Shown piece by piece: positions 9,045-20,070 of a stretch of DNA of 64,000 nucleotides (position 1 is the first letter of the stretch; each line of letters opens with the position of its first letter). The notes beneath the pieces are model-generated. The model saw only the letters and a list, made by a program, of their open reading frames with translations, was not told where the DNA came from and ran no database searches. Source of the stretch: Candidatus Woesearchaeota archaeon (lineage in GTDB: Archaea; Nanobdellota; Nanobdellia; Woesearchaeales; JABGUJ01); the NCBI GenBank assembly GCA_018646625.1, contig JABGUJ010000002.1, forward strand, positions 100,843 through 164,842, written 5' to 3'. Both the position numbers and the translations under genes were made by a program.

Positions 9045-11564
9045 CTACGAGAAATAAGGCCTCGAATAATGAGCATATGCACCATAGTTCTCAAACTTGC
9101 CGCGCATATTTAACATATCGATTTCATTATCATTCTCAGGTCTTGGGAAATCTACTATTTTAATAATTAAACCATTCCTGTGTGTGACGAGTGAATTATA
9201 GCTAACATTCCAATATACACTCCTATTTATACCCGTGAAATAAACACCACCAACCTCAGCGTTCGGACCCACATGAGTGAAATTAGCAACATAATCCTGA
9301 ACTACTTCACAATCTGCATAAGCGCTATCACTCCCATTCTCAAAGAACCAGAGTTTAGTATCTTTAACACCATCGCAAATGTCAAGGGCCTCCGAGTCCA
9401 CACTCCCATTAATATGTAAACACCCACACACTTTTACTGCCGCACCATCCTCCATAACAGTATCCACTTTACAATTCTCAGGCACACCTGTACGTAAGGT
9501 TTCCTTTTCACGCTCACAAATATCCATCATTTCATCATCGCTGCCGCAATCACATCTTCTCGTAGCATCAATATAATATCCAGCTTCATCAACTAAACTC
9601 CCTTCAACCTTCCATAAACCTGGAGCAAGAGGTAAACTCAAAATTGGTTGATCATTACGAATAATTAACGAAGTTGCCAAACGATCATCATCAGTATATT
9701 CAGTTACTCGCTGAAACTTAATAGAAATTAATTCATCATCTGCAAGTGCACGTTTTCCAGAAAAGTTCAAAGCAGGAATTATATCAATATCAACAATTTC
9801 AACATTAACAATAGGCGACATCTCAACATATTGAGTAAATGCATCATCAGGATAATCAACATTTACTTTGACTCTGTTTTTCACATATCCTTCCTTTGAA
9901 AAGACCATAAAGGCTTCCCCCCTACACATAGGGAGATTAGTTGTAGTTTCGGCCAAATTAGTAACTAGATCAAGCTCCGTGTTCAAATCATCCCACTTAC
10001 ATGTAACATATCTCCCACAAGTAAATTGAACATCTGCATTAGAGATAGGAGCATTAGTGTATTTATCATACACCACAAAAGTTCTTTCAGGACCAATTCT
10101 TTGCTCTTCATTACAGATAAGAGAGTCTTTTGCTTTATCGGTCATTAATTCAGAATCTAGTTCTTCTAGAAACTCCTCTTCACCGGATAACTCCATTTCA
10201 GTTCGTATCTGCTCTTCAACTAGTTCGGTACCCATTTCAACATCTCCAGGATTCAGAGGAACTCTTCCTTGACCATTCAAATAATCAAACAGATTCAGGT
10301 TTCTCCTTAAGCTAACTTCGTGTGCAAAGTAAAATGAATACGAATCTCGTCCATCTTTGAATGGAATGTCTTCTAATATCACCCTTATAAGAACAGGATA
10401 AGATAGATCATAAAAAAATCTATATTTATAAGTTTCATCACCAGTTATTATATCAAAAAAATCAGGACCTTTAATTGTCTTAGGTACGAGTTTATCGTCA
10501 TCCGCAGGCCAAATATTTGAGTAAACAGGCCAATCCAAATAAATAAATTCCACATTAATGTGATCTAAGATGTCAACATCTTGAAATAAATCAAATAAAA
10601 ATGGTTTTAATAAACCAGGAGAGCCCGGGACATCAATCAACTCAGAGTCTCGTAATCCTTCAACTTGAAACATGTTAACAGACAGCATAAGTACATCTTT
10701 GATCATTTTCTTTGATTTTTCCAGTGACCAAGTAACTTTATCTTCCCCATTAACTGAATCTGCAGAAAACGGAGGTAATTTATCAGAATCTAAACCAGAA
10801 TACAGAACTAAGGCATGCATAGTTGCATCTTCTAGCGATTGTGTTGCAGTAAGAGACTGCGACAATGCAAATGCAACCCCAAATACATCCATGAAATTAA
10901 ATGGCAACTCAGAACTAAATCGATCTATCCGAGTAACAAGCTCACCATCCTTTCCCCATCTTACTTCGAGAGGATAAATGAGATCTAGGAACATGACACT
11001 TTCAGCATAGTCAAATGATATAAATCTTCCAGGCAGCTCAGTAACATTGAAGCCCTGCAATCCAAATGCTTTGTACTGATCTAAGCACTCAGTCATATGA
11101 TTAAGAATATATCCTCGTACTTGGTTATTTACAAGATCAATCTCAGGAATATTCTCATTCGTAATTGTCAATGAACCACTTTCACTAGGTTCGGGGACAT
11201 AATACCAGTAAGGAACGGCATTTCGTTCATCAAATAAAGTAACACCACTACTTTCAACCGGATTGTCTAGATCAAAATAAAATGATCTTCCAGACAATTC
11301 TTCATTTAATGGATCAAGATAACCTCCATGTAAACCTATGTAATCAAATGCCTCATGACTAACTTTCCGTAAACAATCTTCCACAGCCTGCTTCACAGGT
11401 CTAATTTCTAAAGGAATATCCTCCGCAGTTGAATCAGGTTTCAAAGACTCAATCTGAATCTCACGAATATATAACATAAGTCCGACTAATATCAAGATAA
11501 TAAATCCCACCAAGATGTAGATAGATATTTGAGATCTTTGCGATCTATTATCCATTCTTAACAC
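9045..11564 (-). CDS. Large N-terminally anchored extracellular protein (839 aa)
   Basis: N-terminal TM (ISIYILVGFIILILVGLMLYI), a long ectodomain and a Cys-rich C-terminal region. Overlaps the upstream gene by 17 nt, indicating an operon. Confidence 0.5.
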   Translation of the reverse strand: MLRMDNRSQRSQISIYILVGFIILILVGLMLYIREIQIESLKPDSTAEDIPLEIRPVKQAVEDCLRKVSHEAFDYIGLHGGYLDPLNEELSGRSFYFDLDNPVESSGVTLFDERNAVPYWYYVPEPSESGSLTITNENIPEIDLVNNQVRGYILNHMTECLDQYKAFGLQGFNVTELPGRFISFDYAESVMFLDLIYPLEVRWGKDGELVTRIDRFSSELPFNFMDVFGVAFALSQSLTATQSLEDATMHALVLYSGLDSDKLPPFSADSVNGEDKVTWSLEKSKKMIKDVLMLSVNMFQVEGLRDSELIDVPGSPGLLKPFLFDLFQDVDILDHINVEFIYLDWPVYSNIWPADDDKLVPKTIKGPDFFDIITGDETYKYRFFYDLSYPVLIRVILEDIPFKDGRDSYSFYFAHEVSLRRNLNLFDYLNGQGRVPLNPGDVEMGTELVEEQIRTEMELSGEEEFLEELDSELMTDKAKDSLICNEEQRIGPERTFVVYDKYTNAPISNADVQFTCGRYVTCKWDDLNTELDLVTNLAETTTNLPMCRGEAFMVFSKEGYVKNRVKVNVDYPDDAFTQYVEMSPIVNVEIVDIDIIPALNFSGKRALADDELISIKFQRVTEYTDDDRLATSLIIRNDQPILSLPLAPGLWKVEGSLVDEAGYYIDATRRCDCGSDDEMMDICEREKETLRTGVPENCKVDTVMEDGAAVKVCGCLHINGSVDSEALDICDGVKDTKLWFFENGSDSAYADCEVVQDYVANFTHVGPNAEVGGVYFTGINRSVYWNVSYNSLVTHRNGLIIKIVDFPRPENDNEIDMLNMRGKFENYGAYAHYSRPYFS

Positions 11565-12396
11565 CTCTCGATTTAGCCAGGAATAAATAACAAAAGTATC
11601 TCCCCCATGAATGAAATAGCAAGATAACTAAAGTGAATATAAATGCCGCAACATAATTCGAAATATGAGAAATAATAGGCAAAGACAGCAATGATATTAA
11701 CGAAAGTAAAACCACTAAGATTAATGTTAAAACCACAAAAAGAAACATAGTAGTCGGTAGCATTTTCAGAGATAATATAGATAGTTTTCTTAGATTTTTA
11801 AATCGCCCTAATTTGCAGTTATAATATACATTTGATACAAAGATAAAATTAACAAACAAAAGAAGAAGAATTATAACAAACAATGATATATGAAGAACAT
11901 GAACACCTTCATTAGATAATAATATTGCAAATAACACAGAGAAAAATAAGAATATGTAACTTATAATCAAATTTTTTAGTAAGAAACTTAGAAAGAATGA
12001 TAACAATGATACCTTAATCCTTCTAATAGTGCGCCAGATAATTGCAGAGGCGAATGAAAATATAGAGAAAAATAATCCCCAGATTACTAAGAAAGATATT
12101 AAACATAAGCCCATAAAGACGAGTATACTTTTACTAGTATCAGTAGACTCGTTTAACCAACTAGAATAAATTTCTTCAGAATTAGCTAAAGCTTCAGTAC
12201 CATATTGAGAATAGATATTCTCAGATCTCTCCTTAAGATCATACTTATCTGCATAAAACAATACAGACGTGATAAACAAAGAAGACAATAATATAAAGAT
12301 AAGAACTAGTGCAATGTCACACGCTACAAGTTTAAAAAGATTAAATCTAAATGCACGTTTACTCTTACCGACACATTTAACTAACGATCTAATCAT
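11548..12396 (-). CDS. Polytopic membrane protein (about 6-7 TM)
   Basis: Multiple hydrophobic helices. Overlaps both neighbours by 4 nt and 17 nt (translational coupling). Confidence 0.5.
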   Translation of the reverse strand: MIRSLVKCVGKSKRAFRFNLFKLVACDIALVLIFILLSSLFITSVLFYADKYDLKERSENIYSQYGTEALANSEEIYSSWLNESTDTSKSILVFMGLCLISFLVIWGLFFSIFSFASAIIWRTIRRIKVSLLSFFLSFLLKNLIISYIFLFFSVLFAILLSNEGVHVLHISLFVIILLLLFVNFIFVSNVYYNCKLGRFKNLRKLSILSLKMLPTTMFLFVVLTLILVVLLSLISLLSLPIISHISNYVAAFIFTLVILLFHSWGRYFCYLFLAKSRGVKNG

Positions 12397-13052
12397 ATTT
12401 CTTTCTCCACAACTTCAACAGACCACTCATGGTCTTGGTAATTCTTATCTTGATAAGTAACACTAAAGTTCACATATCTTTTATGATCTGTATGATTAAT
12501 ATAAAAAACATCAAATCCAGATGCACCTTCATAATTAGTAATGTAGTTTGTTGCAGACTGATCTTGTATTATATTTATGAGTTGAGGCGTAACACCTGAC
12601 TCGCCAATCAAATACAATTCAAAAGGAATTACAATATCTTCAACAGCACCCTCGCTATCAGGTAATTCAGTAGAATAAGGCGCCTCCACGTACCAACTAG
12701 TTTGATACATATATTGAGACATGTTATCGTCTTGATATATCAAAGTACGGTCAGCCTGTATTGCAACCGTTAATTCAGATAAATAAGATCTATGTGCAGC
12801 CGTTGCTGCACTGCTTGCAGGAATATTGGGTCCACCGGTTAGCAAACAAACAAACTTCTCAGTATCGGTAACATCGTACCAAGGCATAAGTATTGCATCC
12901 ATTGGCTGTCCAAGATAAACCATAGAATCAAAATAACTCGCATCCTCATCAGCTAAAGCCGAAAACGACAATACAAACAAAGCTATAAAAATTATAGAAC
13001 CCAGTCTGTGCATCGCACTAATCATCATACTCAACTCCGTTGCAATTTTCAC
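12393..13052 (-). CDS. Secreted protein (signal peptide)
   Basis: N-terminal signal LGSIIFIALFVLSFSALA. Overlaps the giant upstream gene. Confidence 0.45.
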   Translation of the reverse strand: MKIATELSMMISAMHRLGSIIFIALFVLSFSALADEDASYFDSMVYLGQPMDAILMPWYDVTDTEKFVCLLTGGPNIPASSAATAAHRSYLSELTVAIQADRTLIYQDDNMSQYMYQTSWYVEAPYSTELPDSEGAVEDIVIPFELYLIGESGVTPQLINIIQDQSATNYITNYEGASGFDVFYINHTDHKRYVNFSVTYQDKNYQDHEWSVEVVEKEI

Positions 13053-16000
13053 TCATTGTACCCATAATTTTATCCATATATTCTGAACCTTCCATAGGTG
13101 TAGATAGTTCACCGTAATCATACATAAGCAATGCAGCATATTTCGCATATCCGTCATAAGATGGAACAGTGATCCACTCAGTTAAAGCAGATCCTTTCAT
13201 ATTCTTCAACGCAGGCAATTCCATTATTTTCTGAGTAATCCACTGTAACACTCTAGAAGTTAGATAAGAAGGAGGGAAAAGAAGTTTTAAGGCAGCCGCG
13301 AGTATTGTTTGAATAATTAACCACACAGATGGCAAACCAATCTCAACAATCGCACCATGATAATACAAACACTCCCTTATAGATCTCATTTCTGTACAAA
13401 CATTAGCTGGAAGAGTTCCATATCGTCCAATGTCTTGAAGGCATTTGTATTCTTTACAAAGAATTTGTTTTCGTTTTCTTTCTGCAGCCAACTGACCAGG
13501 GTAACAGAAACAACCTTCCGCCACTTCCCGACTTTTGTACGGATTCATCTCAAGATTATCATCTAGAGATAAGCCTCCTGCAACCATTCCGGCCTGAGCC
13601 CCCGCCATACCTGCAGCTGCCACAGTTCCAGTAGCCGCACCAGCAGCCACACCGGCACCACCGGTCAAAGCAGCAGTTCCTAACATAGCATTGAATCCAG
13701 GTTCAATATTTGTACCTGCATAAGCATCTGATGTTTCAATCGCACCTTGAATTGCAGACGCAATCCCGTTCGAAATAAGACTATCAACAAGAGTATTAGT
13801 ACTAGCAAGTGTATTTACTATTTCATTTGCAGCTTCTTCGCCGACCCAACCGCCGAGATCCATACTATCAGCTACAGATTCAGTCAAATCATAAGTATCA
13901 GCTCCGGCCATTTGTAAACCCGCAGTTAAACTAGCCATTATACCCATTGCTTTAAAGAAACCTTCAGGTTTTGAAGCACCACTACCGTCTCCAATTGAAC
14001 ATAAATGGCAAGTATTTATCAAGCAAGTTGCCCTTGCCAACCAACCAGTAATGTGATACAACTCTTCTTGTTCCGTAGGTAAGTAATTCCAAAGATAGGA
14101 TGAAACTTTTAGTGCTGAAGTAGATACTTCGGTAAATATATCTAAAAGCCCACTCAATGCCGTACCAATAAAAGCACACTGAGATGTTTTAGGACATGCT
14201 TTTATTATTGGACTAAATATTATGAATGCAACAGTTGTTAATATTGTTACAATAGTAGTCATAAGAATTGCATATTGAAGATATTCGCAAGCATATCTTA
14301 TATATTCAGCCCAAATAATTATTTGATCAATCTTCTCATCAACGCCACGTAAATCTGATTTTACTCCATCAACAAGTTCACCAAACGCCTCATCAAAATA
14401 TCCAATAGGTAAATTAGCGAGCGGTGCAGTAAAGTTGACAGTTTCAAGCTCAATCTTTTCATAAAATACTAATCCATCACGAACAACAAAGCCAATGTTA
14501 CAACTTAGTTTTGGTTTTACAGGATTAAAACAACTAGAAGTATCCGTCTCAGAATCCTCACAAGGTGGTAGATCAGAACTATTGACTGCTTCAGCACCCA
14601 TTCCACCAAGCCTGAGCGATAGTATAGGCACATCTGCTTTCCCATTCAGAATCTGTGCTTCAGTTACTGGAAATTCACTATTAAAACAAGAAGTTGTACC
14701 TTTATGTAACTCAACATCCGTTAGAATACCTGAATGCATCAATGAGTGGATTTTTATATCAGTAGCTAAAACAGTTTCATATATTTTACAATTAGGATCC
14801 AAAGATATAGGCATTAACTCAACATAAAGAGGAAATGGCTTAACAGATGCAGCACGCCAATCTACAACACTTGGAGTAACACGGCCCTTATTCAAATATA
14901 CACAATTCGGCACACCAGTATTATTAATACCGCAAATAGTTACTACCTTACGAATTGAATCAAAATTTCCTGCAGCATCATAAGCAGTAAGTTCAATCTC
15001 GGCAGAAGGAACTGGAAATGAAACAATGTTAGACAGATTTACATTGCACTCATATAAGCCATCATAATGCTTATATGGGCGACAAACTCCAACAAATGGT
15101 TCATTAACATCAACAATTCTGTTATGCTCATCAATTGCTCCATTGATCTCGATCTTTGTTACAGGAGAAGTGTCTTCAACAAGAACTCTATAAGTTACAA
15201 CATCATTCGATGTAGGACAATCTCTAAATGAATTAATAGTATAATTGGTTCTTTTAATTACCGGAGGTTCGTTATCAAAAGTGACTCTAAATTGCTGGTT
15301 GCTTATTCTATTCTGCGCATCATCAAAAGAACTATGTAGTCTAATTGTAACCACATCACTTGAAACAATATCAGGGCGATTAACCCAGATTGGTTCCCAA
15401 ATACAACTCCAAGTTGTTGATCCATTTGTTGTTTTACAGCTGTTTGCTTTTGTTTTCTGATGCCCTACACGAATAGAAGACATGTCAAGATAAACATCAC
15501 CATTATTCAATCCAGCACCACTCTCTTCAAGAATTAATTCAAACTTATTTTCTTTACCACCAACAAAGTTTTGAACATATCCGCCTTCAATTACAGGAGA
15601 ATTAGAAAGAAACTTCTTGACAATTGGCTTACTAGAATCCGCTTGAAAATTAACTTCATGAGTTTTGGTTACATAATTACCAGCACCATCACCCACCTTT
15701 ATTTTTGCAATCCTGGTAGAAGACGTTGATACAATCATCGGAAACTGCCAGATACAAGTAGCAGTATTATCACCAGAGAGAGAACAACTTTGCGGTTCTA
15801 AAGATGCAAATCGAGCATGATCACTTGGTGGTAAACCATCTTGAATAAATGAAACAACATCAATGACAGAATCACCTAAATTCACATTAGAAATACTAAG
15901 ATCCGAATAACTAACAGTGAGTTTAGCATTATAAGAATTTCCAGGATTCACAAATAGTTCTTCACCCAACACACCAGCAGTTTCAAAAAGTATATCTTTT

Positions 16001-16719
16001 ATCACAGGTTCTAAGTTATCAAGAGTGACAGTTAATGATGAAGAATCCACATAATTATCTAGCTTGTCAGATACACTAAGAATCGCATCGCCTATAAGTT
16101 CACCAGGAAATGATTTCATATCAAAATATCCAGTAGTAGTACAAGAAGTTTGAGATTTAATTGTAGGGGTTGCAGACACAAATAAATCCCCATAAAATAA
16201 TGATATCTGATTTATTCCCGAACAATATCCATTAACTCTCGAAGTATCTGATACTCTAAAATTCAATCGTTTAGCAGACTCATCCCATGAAAAATCTTCA
16301 ACAAGTGGTGAAACGTCATCAATAGTAATCGAAGCAGAAGCCTGAGCAACTACAGAATAATCCTCATTTTTGTATATTACTTCAAGATTACCTGAAGGAA
16401 TCTTAAATTCTATTTCGCACTTATAACGATCACTTCCAAAAGGATTACAAGAATCGGCAGGATAGCCATTAAAGAGAACTCTGTTTTCATCTAAAGACTG
16501 CTCATTTGTCTTCACTAATGCAGCAACAGAAACTTCATCAGTTGGTTTAGCATAACCATTAACGCCATTCTCGCCAGAAATATGCACAATTTCAACAGCA
16601 TAATCCGCAGGAGGAGAAACAGGTTGAGCAAATGAACGAGCAGAAGCGAACGATAGAGATATCACAAGAAAACACATGAATATAGCTAAGTTTTGCTTGT
16701 ACACCCCTTTTAAGTACAT
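13018..16719 (-). CDS. Giant cell-surface protein (1233 aa): signal peptide, beta-rich ectodomain, C-terminal membrane segments and a Gly/Ala-rich stretch
   Basis: Signal peptide FLVISLSFASARSFAQP. Long Thr/Ser/Asn/Val-rich region typical of Ig-like beta domains. C-terminal hydrophobic helices and the GGAGVAAGAATGTVAAAGMAGAQAGMVAGG tract. Confidence 0.55.
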   Translation of the reverse strand: MYLKGVYKQNLAIFMCFLVISLSFASARSFAQPVSPPADYAVEIVHISGENGVNGYAKPTDEVSVAALVKTNEQSLDENRVLFNGYPADSCNPFGSDRYKCEIEFKIPSGNLEVIYKNEDYSVVAQASASITIDDVSPLVEDFSWDESAKRLNFRVSDTSRVNGYCSGINQISLFYGDLFVSATPTIKSQTSCTTTGYFDMKSFPGELIGDAILSVSDKLDNYVDSSSLTVTLDNLEPVIKDILFETAGVLGEELFVNPGNSYNAKLTVSYSDLSISNVNLGDSVIDVVSFIQDGLPPSDHARFASLEPQSCSLSGDNTATCIWQFPMIVSTSSTRIAKIKVGDGAGNYVTKTHEVNFQADSSKPIVKKFLSNSPVIEGGYVQNFVGGKENKFELILEESGAGLNNGDVYLDMSSIRVGHQKTKANSCKTTNGSTTWSCIWEPIWVNRPDIVSSDVVTIRLHSSFDDAQNRISNQQFRVTFDNEPPVIKRTNYTINSFRDCPTSNDVVTYRVLVEDTSPVTKIEINGAIDEHNRIVDVNEPFVGVCRPYKHYDGLYECNVNLSNIVSFPVPSAEIELTAYDAAGNFDSIRKVVTICGINNTGVPNCVYLNKGRVTPSVVDWRAASVKPFPLYVELMPISLDPNCKIYETVLATDIKIHSLMHSGILTDVELHKGTTSCFNSEFPVTEAQILNGKADVPILSLRLGGMGAEAVNSSDLPPCEDSETDTSSCFNPVKPKLSCNIGFVVRDGLVFYEKIELETVNFTAPLANLPIGYFDEAFGELVDGVKSDLRGVDEKIDQIIIWAEYIRYACEYLQYAILMTTIVTILTTVAFIIFSPIIKACPKTSQCAFIGTALSGLLDIFTEVSTSALKVSSYLWNYLPTEQEELYHITGWLARATCLINTCHLCSIGDGSGASKPEGFFKAMGIMASLTAGLQMAGADTYDLTESVADSMDLGGWVGEEAANEIVNTLASTNTLVDSLISNGIASAIQGAIETSDAYAGTNIEPGFNAMLGTAALTGGAGVAAGAATGTVAAAGMAGAQAGMVAGGLSLDDNLEMNPYKSREVAEGCFCYPGQLAAERKRKQILCKEYKCLQDIGRYGTLPANVCTEMRSIRECLYYHGAIVEIGLPSVWLIIQTILAAALKLLFPPSYLTSRVLQWITQKIMELPALKNMKGSALTEWITVPSYDGYAKYAALLMYDYGELSTPMEGSEYMDKIMGTMSENCNGVEYDD

Positions 16720-16799
16720 AGCTAGATTGTGGATTAGACGCTTTTTAAAGGTTTCTAATCAAGAAGCAGTAAAATAAAGAAATAAAAAAGAAATAGAAC

Positions 16800-19700
16800 T
16801 TATTTCTTGTTGAATGCTACGTTAAAGATTTTACCTTTGACTTTCTCTTCAGATTTGGTTTCACAATCTGGCAGATCTTCAACACCAAGAATAATACTTT
16901 CTGCCCCCACCTTATCTTTAACTTGATCAGTCCAGGGTGCTAACATATCACTCATTTCAGCGTCAACCTTTACAAAGAGTTCAATTGTATTTTCTTTACT
17001 CAGTCCGGAGTTTTTCCTCATCATTTGAATTCTTCTAGTTAATTCTCTTGAGAAACCTTCAGAATCCAGCTCTTTGTTTCTAGTTTTATCTGCAAAAATA
17101 TCACCATGCTTTGATGAAGTCATGTGCAAGTGATCGGGCGCCGTTGTAGTAACTAAAAGATGATCTTTCTTAATTTCATACGTATTATCGTCAACAATCA
17201 CAACATATTTCCCCTCTTTCTCAATTCTATTAAGAATTGTTTCGGCACTAGTAGTTGAAAGATGAGCAATAATCTTTGCAATCCCTTCGGCACCAAATTC
17301 TGGAGCAAGCTTCTTGAAATCAGGTTTTACCGATCTAGTGACACCCTCAACAGAATCTTGTAAATTGATTACTTTCACATTAGTTTGGCTTTTGATTAAT
17401 TCAGCCATTTCTGTTGCATAAGCCCCGTAATCAGGATTCTTTGGTGTGAAGATAACTTGTTTAAGTGGCCATCTAACGCCAATCTGTATCTTTTCCCTCG
17501 CTGCAAGAATTGATTGAATAAGTCCTTGAGCAAAGTCCATCTTTTGCTCTAGCCCAGTATTAATCATAGATTCATCAAAACCAGGCCATGTTCTGTGATG
17601 TACACTTTCTTCTTCAAGATTAAACTCGGTTTTGAAGTTTTGATACATTGCTTCACACACAAAAGGAGTCACAGGTGCTTGAAGTTCAATTAATCTAATA
17701 AGGCAAGTATACAATGTATTAATTACTGTGTTTCTCTCAACCTCATCGCTACTTGAACTCTTGTCTCTTGTTAATTGAATATATGTTCTGCTTAACTCAA
17801 GCATAAACTTAGTTAGCTCAGGAATAGACTCGTCAATTCTATAACTGTCTAAATACTCATTTAGTGTTTTAAGAGTTGAATTTAATCTAGAGAGAATATA
17901 CTTTTCTTCAGTGCCTAAATTATCTTTAAACTTGCTGACATCGTCTGTAGGCGTCACGCTGTGTTGTCTACATAATTGCACGAGATATTTGTGCATATTC
18001 CAGAATACAGTTAAGTATCTCTGCCTCAACTTAGCTTCATCCCAGCTAAAGTTAATATCTTCACCGGCAGTTGTCTCACACATGTAATATCTCAATGCAT
18101 CCGCACCATGTTTATCGATCAATTCATAAGGTGAAATAACATTGCCGAGACTCTTACTCATCTTGACGCCTTCCACATCAGTTAACATGCCGTGCATATA
18201 GCAAGCTTTAAACGGAAAATTGTCATCTAATGCCATAATAGATGTCACCATAAGCATATTGAACCAGCCTCTGACTTGTTCTTTTGCTTCAAGTATAAAA
18301 TCTGCAGGCCAGAGTGATTCATACATATCTTTGTTTTTAGGAAAATCAAGTATGTTCCATGATAAAGTTCCCGCATCTATCCATACATCAAGAATATCAG
18401 GACATCTTTTTTTCATACCACCACAGTCGCAGCTAATTTCAACCTCATCAATCCAAGGTTTATGCAAATCATCAGGAACGTGTCCCGCTTTAGCATTTAG
18501 CTCGTCTGCACTCCCAATAACATCATACTCACCACACTTCTCACACTTCCAGATAGGAACTGGTGTTCCCCAGAATCTTTGTTTGGTTATGGAGTTGTCT
18601 CTTAAATTTTCTAACCAAGATCTAAATGCATTCTTGCCCGCTTCAGGAACCCAATGTATTTTTTCATTACCCTCAACCATTCGTTCTTTCAAATCTTCTA
18701 TTTTGAAGAACCATTGTTTTGTTGTTCTAAATATAACAGGATTACGGCAACGTTCACAATGCGCATACTCGTGTTCAACCGGAGTAACAGCAATAAGAAT
18801 GTCGGATTGTTTCATTTCTTCGATAAACTTTTTATCGTCTGCTTTAGCTATAAATCCTGCAAACTTGCCCATGTCTTCAGGAAATACTCCACTCTCGCTC
18901 AGATTATTAAATGGAGGAATATTGTTTACATGTCCAACTTCATAATCTTCAGGACCACAACCTGGAGCACAGTGTACCAAACCAGAACCTGCACTAAGAG
19001 AAACATACTCATCAGATAACAAAACAGTATGCGTCTTAGGATGCTTTTGTTTAATCTCCGCTAATTGTTTTATCTCACTAGTCCAAGGATGTTCATACTC
19101 TAAACCTTCCAGATCTTTTCCTGGAAACTCATCAAGAATGTTTAATTCTTTGTTTGCAACTGATTGTACAACTGGTGCAGAAAGGCCTTTTGCAAGTATC
19201 CATACTTCGTCATCAACCTTTGCTCTCACGTAATCAAGCTCAGGATGAACCATTATTGCTAAATTGTAACAAATAGTCCAAGGAGTGGTCGTCCAAATTA
19301 TCAAATACTCATTTTCCTTGCCTTTAACTGGGAACTTTACAAATACTGATTCTTCGTCTAGAGTTTTGTACTCGCATTCGTGTTTAGCCATAGCCGTTGC
19401 ACAGTCCGCACACCAACTCATAGTTCTCAATCCTTCATAGAGTCTTCCATTCTTGTGAGCTTGTTTTATTAGAAACCATACACCTTCTATGTAAGAATTA
19501 TCAACGGGAAGTCTGGCATTGTCAAAATCCATCCAGATTCCAACTCTTTTCAGATCTTCGTTCATCTTAAGTGCTTTATCTGTAGCATACTCTTTACACT
19601 CTTTGTTGAACTTTTCTAATCCATACTCCAGTATTTCGTGTTTATATTTGAAATTGTGTTCAGCCATAACTTTTCGTTCAGTTGGCAGTCCATGCATATC

Positions 19701-19982
19701 GTATGCTGCCCGGTCAAATACGTCTTGACCTTTCATTCTTCTATGTCTAAGTACAATATCTTTCAAAGAATTATTCCATGCGTGACCAATATGAATTGCC
19801 CCACTAGTATATGGAGGACCTTGAATAAAAAAGAATTTTTTATTTCCTTTGTTACGCTTAACGCTTTTTGAATAGATGCCCGAGTCTTTCCAAAACTTAA
19901 GTACACCTTCTTCAACTTCCTTATAGTTGTAATTACCAATAGTATTATCGTTGTTTTTGCTCTCTTTCTCGTTTTCAGCCAT
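16800..19982 (-). CDS. ileS: Isoleucyl-tRNA synthetase
   Basis: HIGH motif (GAIHIGHAWN), KMSKS (KMSKSLGN), class I editing-type size of 1060 aa. Confidence 0.9.
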   Translation of the reverse strand: MAENEKESKNNDNTIGNYNYKEVEEGVLKFWKDSGIYSKSVKRNKGNKKFFFIQGPPYTSGAIHIGHAWNNSLKDIVLRHRRMKGQDVFDRAAYDMHGLPTERKVMAEHNFKYKHEILEYGLEKFNKECKEYATDKALKMNEDLKRVGIWMDFDNARLPVDNSYIEGVWFLIKQAHKNGRLYEGLRTMSWCADCATAMAKHECEYKTLDEESVFVKFPVKGKENEYLIIWTTTPWTICYNLAIMVHPELDYVRAKVDDEVWILAKGLSAPVVQSVANKELNILDEFPGKDLEGLEYEHPWTSEIKQLAEIKQKHPKTHTVLLSDEYVSLSAGSGLVHCAPGCGPEDYEVGHVNNIPPFNNLSESGVFPEDMGKFAGFIAKADDKKFIEEMKQSDILIAVTPVEHEYAHCERCRNPVIFRTTKQWFFKIEDLKERMVEGNEKIHWVPEAGKNAFRSWLENLRDNSITKQRFWGTPVPIWKCEKCGEYDVIGSADELNAKAGHVPDDLHKPWIDEVEISCDCGGMKKRCPDILDVWIDAGTLSWNILDFPKNKDMYESLWPADFILEAKEQVRGWFNMLMVTSIMALDDNFPFKACYMHGMLTDVEGVKMSKSLGNVISPYELIDKHGADALRYYMCETTAGEDINFSWDEAKLRQRYLTVFWNMHKYLVQLCRQHSVTPTDDVSKFKDNLGTEEKYILSRLNSTLKTLNEYLDSYRIDESIPELTKFMLELSRTYIQLTRDKSSSSDEVERNTVINTLYTCLIRLIELQAPVTPFVCEAMYQNFKTEFNLEEESVHHRTWPGFDESMINTGLEQKMDFAQGLIQSILAAREKIQIGVRWPLKQVIFTPKNPDYGAYATEMAELIKSQTNVKVINLQDSVEGVTRSVKPDFKKLAPEFGAEGIAKIIAHLSTTSAETILNRIEKEGKYVVIVDDNTYEIKKDHLLVTTTAPDHLHMTSSKHGDIFADKTRNKELDSEGFSRELTRRIQMMRKNSGLSKENTIELFVKVDAEMSDMLAPWTDQVKDKVGAESIILGVEDLPDCETKSEEKVKGKIFNVAFNKK

Positions 19983-20070
19983 TTTAGCCTTTGGGGTGAA
20001 TATGTTATTTAAAAAGCTTTCTCAATAGAATTAAATCTAACTCATTGCATTTTACATATAGAATCAATTA

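Noticed and set aside
13560-13720. Gly/Ala-rich low-complexity DNA that could mimic a repeat array
   Set aside because: It is continuous with the 1233 aa reading frame and encodes a G/A-rich linker. It has no direct-repeat/spacer periodicity, so it is not CRISPR.
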